A stretch of 64,000 nucleotides of DNA from Octopus bimaculoides (taxonomy: Eukaryota), in NCBI RefSeq assembly GCF_001194135.2, contig NC_068995.1, positions 35,435,174-35,499,173 on the forward strand, in the 5' to 3' direction. The notes beneath the pieces are model-generated. The model had not been told where the DNA came from. It worked only from the letters and a program-made list of their open reading frames with translations, and made no database searches. Both the position numbers and the translations under genes were made by a program. Below, piece after piece: positions 1 to 11,729 of the stretch. Numbering within the stretch: the first letter of the stretch is position 1; every line of letters starts with the position of its first letter.

Positions 1-418
1 GAGTCTGTGACCAGTGACACCAGCGAAAAGGGGCAGGTCGGCCCGGACGAAGAGAAATACAAGTGTTTAATACAAAAGGAGGAAGCCAATGTAAAACTGA
101 CCCCACCTGAGGAAGTGATACAAATCACAATCATGCAAACAATAATGTACAAAACGTTGTCGCTCAAAACGAAACATAATTGAAATGGCTTCTAAAGATG
201 CAATCGAAAAATGCTTTCAGCCGATATGGCTGAAGAAAGCGCTTCGGAAAGCCAGAAGAAAGTGCTTCGGAACTTCCGAAGCAAGGTTCGCTTCCGAAGA
301 AGAAGTCAAGAAGCATTCGACAACTTCCCTGCTGCCAATATATTTAGGCAAGCGGGCATCGAAAATCAAAATAGGGGAAATTCCACCAGAGATCGACGTG
401 GTGCTGCTGGTGGCAGCT
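1..418 (+). mobile_element. Decayed ORF1 (gag-like) fragment of a Tx1/L1-like non-LTR retrotransposon
   Basis: Translations IQKEEANVKLTPPEEVI..TIMYKT, IEMASKDAIEKC and LLPIYLGKRASKIKIGEIPPEIDVVLLVAAA align with IQKKGDAIKLIPPEETV..TVVYRT, VEILSEDDVAEC and LLPTHRGRRSVRIRIGRVPPEIKPEWLVAAI at 58.8-59.15 kb, which carries a CCHC-type knuckle. Frameshifted. Confidence 0.65.
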
Positions 419-1100
419 GCACAAAGCCGGATTTCACGGGAGGGCTGTAATCAGAAAACCACTACTTTCAAAAACAAATGTTGCAAGGCATTTAGTGTGG
501 AGTAAAACCCTGCATAATTGGTCCCTAGAGCAGCAGAAGAATGTTATTTTTTCGGACGAATCTTCTTTTACCTTTTTTCCGACCACCGGCCGATTATACG
601 TGTGGAGACAGCCAAAAGAAGTATTTGACCTAGACTTCTTTCTTCCAACTGATAAACATGGAGGAAGATGTGTGATAATCTGGGCGGGGGGCTATATCTT
701 GGAAATCAGCCGGCCCAGTGGTTTCCCTTCATGGTAGAATTAATAGTCAAAACTATTTAAGCATTTTATCTGATCAAATTAATCCTATGGTTGAGGAACT
801 GTTTCAGGATGACAAGGCACCAATTCACACATCTAAAGTTGTTACTGAATGGCATGATAAACATTCTAGTGAGGTTGAACATCTTATCTGGCCACCACAG
901 TCCCTAGATCTCAATATTATTGAACATTTATGGCGCATTTTAGAAAAACGAGTACGTAGTCGATATCCTCCACCATCATCTCTACAAGAACTGGAGACTA
1001 TTTTAGCCGAACCATAGACAAAAATTCCTTTGGAAACAATTTAAACTTTGTACGAGTCCATACCTCGTAGAATTCAAGCTGTAATTACTGCCAAAGGCAT
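417..1100 (+). mobile_element. Tc1-family transposase remnant with DD36E catalytic spacing
   Basis: LHKAGFHGRAVIRKPLL..WSLEQQKNVIFSDES..KHGG; FQDDKAPIH..WPPQSLDLNIIEHLW..IPRRIQAVITAKG. 36 residues between the second D and the E. Frameshift near 715; no intact TIRs seen. Confidence 0.92.
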
Positions 1101-1727
1101 CTTGTTTTCTAATATTATTGATTACAAGGTGTCTCCAATTTTCAGGGTGGCAAATGCAATCTCCTGATGTTAAGTATTACTTTTTGTGAGAGGACAGCTT
1201 TATTTAACTTATATGGTCTGGTCCAAATGTAGTTGAACCACAATTTTATGCTGTGGTGATGGATAAAATCAAGACCTTCGGAAACTCCCATTGAGTTATA
1301 GCTAGAGATTATAATCATAGTCTGTAGCAGTCTTTAGGCACTTACAATAATCAACATATAAACAATTGTTTTACATTAGCAACAGTTTCAGCTTATCAAT
1401 AATACTTTGTTAGGTACATAGAATCTTAACTCCATGCATGTATGATATTTTCAGCCAGAAATATTCTTGTAAAACTGTCGTATTTGGGACCTACTATACT
1501 TTTGAAAAAAGCTAAACAGTTGTATAACACTTTGACAGTTTTCATATCTTGTCATTTGAAGCAGCTGGACATACGAAAGTTTGACAAAAAACCGGCTTTT
1601 ACAAGCAAAATTAAATATTGAAACAACAAATGCATTTGACCAACTTTGGACACACAGCGGTTTAACATAATAGCAACGATACGTGAATATGTGTCTGTTT
1701 GTATGTATATACATGTGTGTATATGCA

Positions 1728-1735
1728 TATATGTG

Positions 1736-1817
<82 letters not shown>
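1728..1817. repeat. Compound (CA)n(TA)n microsatellite
   Basis: Direct read of the sequence. Confidence 0.95.
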
Positions 1818-1818
<1 letters not shown>

Positions 1819-4800
1819 TGCCATGATCACTGCTTACTTTTTATTCTCCTGGAATGATAAATTAAATACGTCTACTACACTGGAATGGTGGGACTAAATT
1901 CATTTGCAGAATATACTTGCTTCATCTCTTGACTATGTTTAAGTCCCTTTTTCCAGTTTAACATTACGACTTATCTTTAGCGGAATTTGCACCGTTGCGA
2001 GCAATAGAATTAGGATTGTGGTTTGATAGTGCAATTCTTCCCTCAGTCTTGAAGCGTTTATTAAGAAACAAAAGAACATAAACATTTCACTGGATATTGT
2101 GCTCTGTTGATATGACATGTCTCGTTCGATCACATTCATTTTGATTTGTTTCATGTTACTGTTCTGTCGATGCATTTACATTTAAGGTTTAACATTATAT
2201 ATTTCAACTTGACTTGTATTTGCTGTATAAACTTTTTGATTAATTTTATGTTGGTAGAAATTGGTGAAAGTACATTATCTATCCCATTTCATCGTTCCGA
2301 AATTTGATGTCTTAGCAAATGAATTGTAAAAACCTTTATAAAGAAACTTTTGGTATAACTTTTGCAGTATATACTGAAAACATTTTCTTTTCTTATATTG
2401 ACTACAAATTTCACTGTTCCAATCTTGATAAGTTGTGTCAGATGCCTTTACATCAACCAGATTAGTTCTGAGACATACTTTTGTTCAGAGTGTAAGATTT
2501 GTCACTGTCGTTCCATCTTATGCAGACGTCAGTTAATGATCAGTTTATTGCTAATTAAATCTCTGTGTCACTCCTAAAGCAACAGCGTTTCCAATCCAAT
2601 ATTTCCGCTATGTATTTAGTCATATTTTAGATAGTTCTTTCATATTTTCAATTAATAACCCGCATTTTCCTTCCATCATGGCGTAGGATATTTATTCTGT
2701 GTTTTCTTTTATTATCAATTCATCAACAATACGATGTTCGGAGATATATAAGCAATTGCATTAATATTCCCAGTGCTAGTATTACTGAGCCTTCATAACT
2801 TTATTCATATCATTCAACTTTCTCATTTCAGTCACGAACAATTATCTACCTCAATTATTCATTTTGTGTTTCGAATTCCATTTAGTTATTCAATTGACGT
2901 TTTCTCATGTCTTTCTTCTTTCATTATTGTAAAAATCGACTCACTATCCATAGAACTAGAGGGTGTGAACTGCTGAAGGGAAAACGATTTTCATTTATTA
3001 AACCTGGAGAATTTGTTTTTTATAACATGGAAAGCCGATCAGGTTATCATTACTGGCCACTTGTGCCTCCGACATAGTTTCTGTTCCCATTTAAGGCTTT
3101 CGAAAATATTACAATATTTTATTTTACTTGCTGTAGAGAGAGAAAGAAGGGGAGGAAAGAGAAAGAGAGAGGGAGAGAAAGTATTTTAGGTTGCACACAA
3201 TCAAATTTTACTTTAAGTTTTTACAATAAAAATTTTCAAAATTGCAGTTATTTCGTAAGTTTGTTTTTATCCCTAAATTAAGTATAACATAAGCAAAAGC
3301 TGTGTAACAACGATACATAAATATTTATTTAGAAGGAGAGCTAATAAGACAATATTCTTTTTCTACAAATATTGTTTTTTAAATGATGATATATCTCTCC
3401 TTTTCTTCCAATTTCATGTAGCTATATCAATAGTGCCTCTGTATGTAGGAAATATAAACGAAGTACACTTTTTGTGTCAATTTCAACAAAACGATCGAAA
3501 TAACGTTATTGCATCGCTAAAGCCGCCTCCCTTTAATCAATCAATTTGATCAATAAATTTGATCTACAAAACTTCTGTCAGGAATGTGTGGAAGCAGCAT
3601 GTCTGTATTGAAGTGGATTTACCTGAAATGAATCACTTAGGGATTTAAAATAGAAGAGCAGCTAGAACCCATAAACGCGTTCTGAATGATGTAGTTCAAA
3701 CTGCACTTCGGCCATGGAGTTTGATTCTATTCTTAACGGCAATCAATGTATAGCTCATCTGAAAATAATGTTTCTAGATACTGGTCTATATATAATATAT
3801 CCCCATTGTGCATGTCTACATTGTATGTGTGTATGTATACNNNNNNNNNNNNNNNNNNNNNNNNNNNNNNNNNNNATATATATATATATATATACAGGTA
3901 ATATCATAGAAAAGAAAGGACACGACACAATTAATAGGGTAAAGATTTGAGACTGAATAATGAAATAAAATAGCTATAGCTCCTTCTATCGATTCATCAA
4001 GCTAAAAAAGGAAATTTCAAATATTACTTATTCAGTGTGTGTGTATGTGACTGTGTAGATATAGCTTCAGACAGGCAGACAGACAAATAGATCTTGACAC
4101 ATTGTTTAAGGTTGATATAGTTATTCATATCGGTGCACTTTTCATCTATTCGTTTTCGTTCTTTTGTTTCTGTTGTTTTTGTTAGACTGTTATTTTTTTT
4201 ACCACAGTTTGTGTTTATTAAGTTTAAATGCGATTATTTGCTAGTGAAAGTGTATTTATTAAGTTTAAATGGTACTATTTGCATGTAGAAGTGGAGTAAG
4301 TTAATGCGCCGAAAGAAGTGCTTTTTTGCGCTATTTCTTTTGCATCTTTTCTTTCTGAGTTCTAATCCAACTAAGAACAACTTTGCATTTAATACCCACG
4401 CAATCGTTGCTATTTTCGTCCCTCCAATTTCAAACCTAATCTAAATTTGAAACAACCATTTACCATCAGATACACCCAACGAGACGTATTTACGAAAACC
4501 AAGTGGTATATCCGGTGCTAAGGTACTTACTCTATTAAATCAATAAATGTTTAATTAATTAAAATTCCATCTGTGACAAAGAGAAATAACCATTAGCTTA
4601 ATTATTAATCTTGATTTAGAAAAGTTGAGGAGACAATCCTGTAGTATCTACTGGTTAAAATTAATTGCAATAGAATATGATGAGATAAATTGAAATAAAT
4701 ATAATTAGCCAATATATCATAATTGTTCAATAGTGGTAAAATCTATAGTTTGTTGATAAAGTCTAAGATAAAGATAAGTCATAATTTTTCCTTCTCAACT

Positions 4801-5109
4801 TGTACTCTGCGATAATTACCTAATGGAAACTTATGTGGAATCAATGTAGTGGATTGTTCATAGACTTAAGGAACAAAAGTTGCAATGTAATTACCAGAAT
4901 ATATAAGAGATATTTCTGTCAATTAGAAGCAGTTTCTACTAGTTGCATGGTTCGTGTATAGGAAAACCAAAAACAAATAGTTTGTTATAGTGCTGTTTTC
5001 GTTTCTTTTTAATACAAACCCACCAACCCCACCAAGAAGCGTGAAATACAAAATATAGTTTTTAGTATTAAATCCAAATATAATTTGTTCTATATAATCG
5101 CCAGCGAGT

Positions 5110-6705
5110 ATGTATTATTATTACAATTATTACTGAAGATGTTGCACAGTATCCAGTATCATGATGTTGTGGATTGAAATTATTGTGTCTACCGGAGGTT
5201 CGTACTGTCTGTCAATTCACAACAAGGACCTCAGTCAGACAATAATTTTCGCAATATGCGTGCAATTCCAAGTAAATCCATCTTTTGCAATACACCTAGA
5301 TTGTATGGTATTTCTAAAGTTTCCAGATATTTTTTCGTGCTGGGTGGTATTAAAGCCAATGCTCTAATAACAACAGGGACAATCATTATGTTTGACTCTG
5401 GTAGCTGCCACATCTTGGCGATTTCAATTCTCAAGTCTCTATGTTTATCAATCTTTTATCCTTCTTCCATGATAATATGTTGCTCCCCTGGCGCTGACAC
5501 GTCAACTATTAGGCAATCTGTTCGAGCTTGTGAAGTAGTCAAGGATTCAGAGTGAAAAGGTTGCGTAGTCTGACATTCATTAAGGGAGTGCAGAAAGAAT
5601 TTAAGTTTCAAATAGTTTCAAATAACCTACTTGTAGGTTAATGTCGGCACTGTAAGATTCTTGTCGCCAGTATTATGTTGTGATGGTATTCCGGGTCTTA
5701 TAATTTTTTGACTCGTCTATCTTGCTATCAATGATAGTTCCACAAGACAATGACTATGAAACGTCCTACAACGACTGACTGTCTTACTTTATAGTGACTC
5801 TCATACCACTTTTTCACATGGGAAGGGGAGTGCCATTTTCACTACAGCAATAAATGTGTCAACATCTAACAACAGTGAATCTGAAGTTTTCAATTTCCCT
5901 TTCTGGAAAGTAGCCTAGGCACATTTATCAAGATAATTTCCATCCCGATGTCATCACTGAATGCTTTCACAGTACGTAATAGTCCTTCAAGCCCATTATT
6001 ACCTTCACCATAGAGTTTAAAGTTATCCATATAAAATAGATGACTTTTTTTTTTGTCGCCAATTTTGTGTCCATTCCCGGTTCTATTAAGTTCACTTGTA
6101 ACGGGTATTAGGGCTATACAAAAAGTTAGAGGTGAAACAGAGTCACCTTGGAAAGTGTTGCAGTTGATAATAATATTGTCTACAGTATTTCACACTGACA
6201 TGTCATGCTTCAAGAAGTTTGAAATTACAAGGCCTTTTTATAATCAATCCATGCAGAACTGAGATTTCTGCGTTTGTTATGACAGTTCTCAAGGATCATG
6301 CGATTGATTCAGAGTTGGTCTTTGCATCCATATGAGCCTCGTGGGCAGCCTTTTTGTCCAGTGGGAGAAAAATATCGTTCTGTTCCATAAATTTATGTTT
6401 TCTCCACGTGGATGGATGTTAAAATTTTATACGTGGTAGACAGATATGCTATGGGACGATAGTTTTACGGAAATTTGGTTTCATTGCTGTTTGGGAGTAG
6501 GTAAGTAATATCTTTTGCTAACCAATCAGATGATTTCTTAGGATCTCTCATAATTTCATTGACAACTTGAACTAACGTTTCGTGTGCGCAGGGAGCGGTA
6601 CGAGCCAGAAATCTGGAACCCTATCTTCATCAGGGGATTTCTTCTTATGAGCCTTCGTGAGTGTCATCTTTAAATATGTGAAGGTTGGTGGGGTATTATT
6701 ATTAT
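5110..6705 (-). mobile_element. 5'-truncated, internally deleted R4/Dong-clade retrotransposon (RT plus restriction-like endonuclease)
   Basis: Minus-strand motifs KAHKKKSPDEDRVPDFW, GQKGCPRGSYGCKDQL, AWIDYKKAF, FQGDSVSP, HLFYMDNFKLY; RLE tail IVDVSAPGEQ..RIEIAKMW..IVPVVIRAL..LGIARILRKLL; (TAA)-like tail at ~5110-5130. Confidence 0.9.
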
Positions 6706-7268
6706 TGGGTGAGAGAGCAGTGCATGCCATCACAGTGACACTGGGGTAAAATATACGAAGCCCAATATACCCATCATGACTACTCGTCTGATAAGGGTAC
6801 ACCAGGCACAGGCATCACAACCATATGCGCACGACATGGTGATCTCATATCAAGATAAACAGTGCATGACCTCGCAGGTGGGGCTCAGTTAGAATTTTCT
6901 TCAGGTCGAGTAGCCCATTCCGCTCAAAAGGTCCCTGAATAAGGTTTGTTTAAGGATGTTGAGGAAGACACCCATGTTTCCAAAGGTGAATTATTCAAAC
7001 CCCAACGAATTCCTCTCAACACATGTCTATGATGCTCCCCTACTGCTTCTGCTCATGATCATCATGATCAGAGATGCACATATCGTTAGCCACCAAAGGA
7101 CATGCTCAGCTGGTTACGGTCAAACAGCTGACAAGCAAATCTGTGGTATTGAGCAGAATATTTGCTGTAGCCCATCTTTTATACCAAGACAAAACAATGT
7201 ACATGATAACACTTCCAATCAATTAAGATCAGAAGCTATGAGAGCTACTGCCTGGTACTGCATCGGCG

Positions 7269-7270
<2 letters not shown>
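6706..7270 (-). mobile_element. Unclassified ~560 bp non-coding interspersed element with (AAT)n tail
   Basis: Higher-GC non-coding block bounded by long (ATT)n at 7271+ and a short (ATT)4 at ~6695-6710. It resembles an abundant octopus repeat (recall only). Confidence 0.55.
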
Positions 7271-7339
<69 letters not shown>

Positions 7340-7669
7340 NNNNNNNNNNNNNNNNNNNNNNNNNNNNNNNNNNNNNNNNNNNNNNNNNNNNNNNNNNNNN
7401 NNNNNNNNNNNNNNNNNNNNNNNNNNNNNNNNNNNNNNNNNNNNNNNNNNNNNNNNNNNNNNNNNNNNNNNNNNNNNNNNNNNNNNNNNNNNNNNNNNNN
7501 NNNNNNNNNNNNNNNNNNNNNNNNNNNNNNNNNNNNNNNNNNNNNNNNNNNNNNNNNNNNNNNNNNNNNNNNNNNNNNNNNNNNNNNNNNNNNNNNNNNN
7601 NNNNNNNNNNNNNNNNNNNNNNNNNNNNNNNNNNNNNNNNNNNNNNNNNNNNNNNNNNNNNNNNNNNNN

Positions 7670-7720
<51 letters not shown>
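7271..7720. repeat. (ATT)n array, gap, then (AC)n
   Basis: Direct read; gap 7340-7669. Confidence 0.95.
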
Positions 7721-7723
<3 letters not shown>

Positions 7724-8199
7724 TAGTTATACAGTTTTTTTTGCAATAGTGTTATTGGTTAGTTCTCCAACGGGACATTCACAGTTTTACTGCATTGTAG
7801 ATGGTGAGAGAGACAAAGAAGATCCGTGCAATCCGGGTAAAACGCATTTTACAGGGAAACGTAGTTTGAAAGCAACAGTGTATTGATTTCATCAAAGATA
7901 CAACTTCTGCTGATGTACATCGGCGAGAGATTTACTAAGATAACAGGAAAAAAATCAATGCCATAACTAAAATAATATAATAACTTTAGGAATTGAGAGG
8001 TGAGACGTTTCAAGAAAGACTACATATGTACAAAATGCAAGAATACAAGTGGGGTGATTTATCAGTGGTAACTATAAAGGGTCGGCCTGACATAAAATAT
8101 CAATGAATGCACACAACTTTGCAAAATACTTTACAATTACAATTCAGCATTAGATTAACGTCATCCGATACGTAAAATAATTTGTTTCATTTTAAGATT

Positions 8200-8627
8200 G
8201 TAACCTTGAAAAGAAAAAATTACAGTTATGTATTTAAGAGATGAGGAATTATTAGCAAAATGTGGAACCTGAAGACTAAAACAATACCTATTGTCATAGG
8301 TGCCCTTGGAATGACAGCGAAACGGGCTGATTACTACCTACCTCAGATACCAGAAAACCCCAAAATGGCTGAAGTTCAAAAGATAGTGCTCATGGGAACT
8401 GCCCATATCCTGCGTAAAATACTGTCTATGTGATCTCAAATTTTAAAACAGACACATAATTTTCTTATGGTTTCTTAAACATTCTCTAGAACAACACTAT
8501 GTACAAATCCAAATATATGGTACCCTAGGCATAACACCTACATGAACTTCTAACTTGTTGTCTCTTGAGGTCTCTGGGTGAGACTTGGATCCAACTTGTA
8601 CAAATGCAACACAAAATTCAAACATAA

Positions 8628-8716
<89 letters not shown>
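8200..8716 (+). mobile_element. 3' end of a second R4/Dong-clade element with 3'UTR and long (AAT)n tail
   Basis: ISKMWNLKTKTIPIVIGALGM..VQKIVLMGTAHILRKILSM* (stop 8431-8433), then a UTR and ~29 AAT units. Confidence 0.88.
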
Positions 8717-8719
<3 letters not shown>

Positions 8720-8734
8720 CAACAACAGCATCAA

Positions 8735-8850
8735 AAAATACCTTAGGAATGAAAAGCCAGATTCGAAATTTCCCCACGACACCTGATGATGGCTGGAGGG
8801 TATATCAGTTAACAACAAACATGATGAGGACAAATATCCATCAAATGTAA
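8735..8850 (+). mobile_element. Penelope-like terminal fragment with disrupted hammerhead motif
   Basis: CTGATGA-tggctg-gagggtatat-cag then ttaacaacaaac; the GAAA half of the core is absent. Confidence 0.5.
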
Positions 8851-10564
8851 ATAAAAGAAAATTTAATATTCCTTTTTCTGATAGTATACCTGCCGGAAGG
8901 GATATTTGCTCAGCATGCATGTACGCCAGGTTCAATTGATGGTGGCTCCAGCGCATGGACATAATTGTATAGTTTAATCTAAACTGACAAGACAACCTAA
9001 TATAGTAGCGCCAGGTCAAAATGTTTCAAAAATTATCCATAATGCACAACATAAATTATCTCCAGAAGGGAAGTATTTGACGCTTTCACAAGCCGTCATT
9101 AGATATATCCTCTGCTAAGCCTGAATGGAACGCAAAAGTTGACTTTCCATCAACTGCAAGGTTCAGCTGGAAGAGTGAATGTGGACGTTAAATGACCAAC
9201 CTCCCACTGTGCTCGACCTATGGTGGCAATCATTTAAGGAACTACGTTCTAAAATGCGTCCTGAACTATGGCGACTACAGCTATATATTGCGTTGTGGTG
9301 TGTAAAAATAAAACGCTAACATACAAGATGGAGTATGTATTTGATTCAGTACTTGACTGTCCATGCTCTCTTTGGACTCAGGATTTATGAAACAGAAAGT
9401 AAATTCCAAAAAGTTTTCAGCAGAAAACATACAGAAACGTAATTAAACGCTGCATGATATTTGGCTATATATTCTACCGTTCCTGGCAATCCAGAATCCA
9501 AAATATTTTAATGATAATAAGCAGGGGCATGAGGAGGAGGAGGAGGNNNNNNNNNNNNNNNNNNNNNNNNNNNNNNNNNNNNNNNNNNNNNNNNNNNNNN
9601 NNNNNNNNNNNNNNNNNNNNNNNNNNNNNNNNNNNNNNNNNNNNNNNNNNNNNNNNNNNNNNNNNNNNNNNNNNNNNNNNNNNNNNNNNNNNNNNNNNNN
9701 NNNNNNNNNNNNNNNNNNNNNNNNNNNNNNNNNNNNNNAGAAGAAGAAGAAGAAGAAGAAGAAGAAGAAGAATTCATTGGCGCGAACGGAGGTCAGAACG
9801 CAAACAACCGGAACAAAGCACTTTGCGTCTCACTAAATTTTCAGCCAGTTTGCTACGTTAATAACTCTATATAATATAAGCACAAGACCTGCAATTTTAA
9901 GGGAATGAATTCTACAAGAGTCACCATTTGTTTACATTAATTGGTTCAGAAGTAGGAAACTATTTTGCAAAGTCGTAATACAACAGCGATTAAGATATCC
10001 TCGTCCAAATCTACCAGAACGTATTGAGAATGAATTAGTACAACATATGCGTGCGTATGTGTGTGTGTGTATATATATGTGTGTGTATGCGTGTGTTTAT
10101 ACAACTTAAACAAATTAAGAAACGTTCCCCCACCTATAAGTGAATGAAATACAAACGCCATACAATAGATACAAAATACAACCAATGAAATAACACCCAT
10201 GAACCAAATGACAACCAGTATAAAAACCAGACACCACGAATATCAACCACCGATATTAAGTCTTGTTAGTTACTCCTGATGATCGTAGTTTCGTGAACTT
10301 GAAGCAAACTTTCCGATCCAGTTTTAATACACACACACAAATAAACATAAGCATACTTATATACATACATACGTACACATACATACATACATACATACAT
10401 ACATACATACATACATACATACATACATACATACAAACATGCATACATACTTACATACATATAAACAACAGTAGCACTCCACAGATATGGTTATCGAAAG
10501 TATTTAAGAGTTTTAGACACATACAATGCGTGTGTTTATTTGAGTGTATGTGCGCGGCGCGCGC

Positions 10565-10633
<69 letters not shown>

Positions 10634-10825
10634 TTGTCTGCGTTTGCGTGTAGCTGGTTTTTTTATTTTTTTACAGGTACAAAAGTTAAGACAATACACT
10701 GTAGAATATGTATAGCTTGGAGTTTGTTAAAATTGCATTTTGTACAGCCACTAAGGAATTTTTATGTGTACACACAGAAATATTATTATAATAGTCGTTG
10801 ACTCTCTCCAATGAGGGACGGGGTC

Positions 10826-10870
10826 ACCGACTGTTGAAGAGATTGCAAGAAGCAACGAAAACGTTAGAAA
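10826..10870 (+). ncRNA. Degenerate hammerhead-like motif (U3 variant)
   Basis: ctgTTGAAGA g-a-ttgc aagaa gcaa-c GAAA acgtta: stem II present, stem I not paired. Confidence 0.3.
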
Positions 10871-11405
10871 AAACAAATAAGTAAACGAGTGGAAATCGAA
10901 TCGGTGATAATCGGTGTGTTAAATAGTAACGCATTAAAACAGATTAACTCACCCCAGACACGATGATATATATATACAGAGACATGCCAGAAGTAAATAG
11001 ACACCCTTATAATCGTTAAAATTTATCTAAATCTGAAATTCTACATTCAAATTATTTATTAATTATTGTAATGTAAATATCTAATATTTTTTAGACATGC
11101 CCTTTGTATATTTCAATGCAAGGACCCTATTGATGAGATGACAAATATTCTCTTCGGGCATTTCTTGCCAAATTTCATGGAGTAATCTGAAAAGATCTGA
11201 CTTTGAGGATGCTTTCTTGTTCTTTTTATGAAGTTTCTGTCCATATATTGTTTCGAATTTGTGTGAGTCTGTATAGAATAATATTTAAGTTGAATAAAAT
11301 TAAAACATATTCTGGTTTTCACGTTTTTATATTATTCTATTTTAACAAAATTACCGCTTTCATATATAGTGTACTCATCGGATTTTAAGATACATATGTA
11401 TGTAT

Positions 11406-11451
<46 letters not shown>

Positions 11452-11565
11452 NNNNNNNNNNNNNNNNNNNNNNNNNNNNNNNNNNNNNNNNNNNNNNNNN
11501 NNNNNNNNNNNNNNNNNNNNNNNNNNNNNNNNNNNNNNNNNNNNNNNNNNNNNNNNNNNNNNNNN

Positions 11566-11662
11566 TGCTTCACCACATACCGAAGTTCAGAAATAGCAGC
11601 TAAAAAATCTGAGTCTCAGGTTTTCTAGCTGCTATTTCTGAACTTCGGTATGTGGTGAAGCA
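11566..11662. repeat. Near-perfect 97-bp palindrome (37-bp perfect arms)
   Basis: 11566-11602 is the exact reverse complement of 11626-11662; the inner spacer also pairs (ctgag-t-ctcag). Confidence 0.95.
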
Positions 11663-11686
11663 AATGCTTGCTGATCACTTAATTAT

Positions 11687-11729
<43 letters not shown>

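Noticed and set aside
220-250. CTGAAGA...GAAA string
   Set aside because: Lies in the LINE ORF1 remnant; no G10.1-C11.1 pair and no stem III or stem I.
4205-4290. ~42-bp imperfect tandem duplication
   Set aside because: Ordinary AT-rich local duplication with only two units; not a CRISPR-like array.
10272-10305. CTGATGA with a small hairpin
   Set aside because: No intact GAAA or cleavage triplet; too degraded to call.
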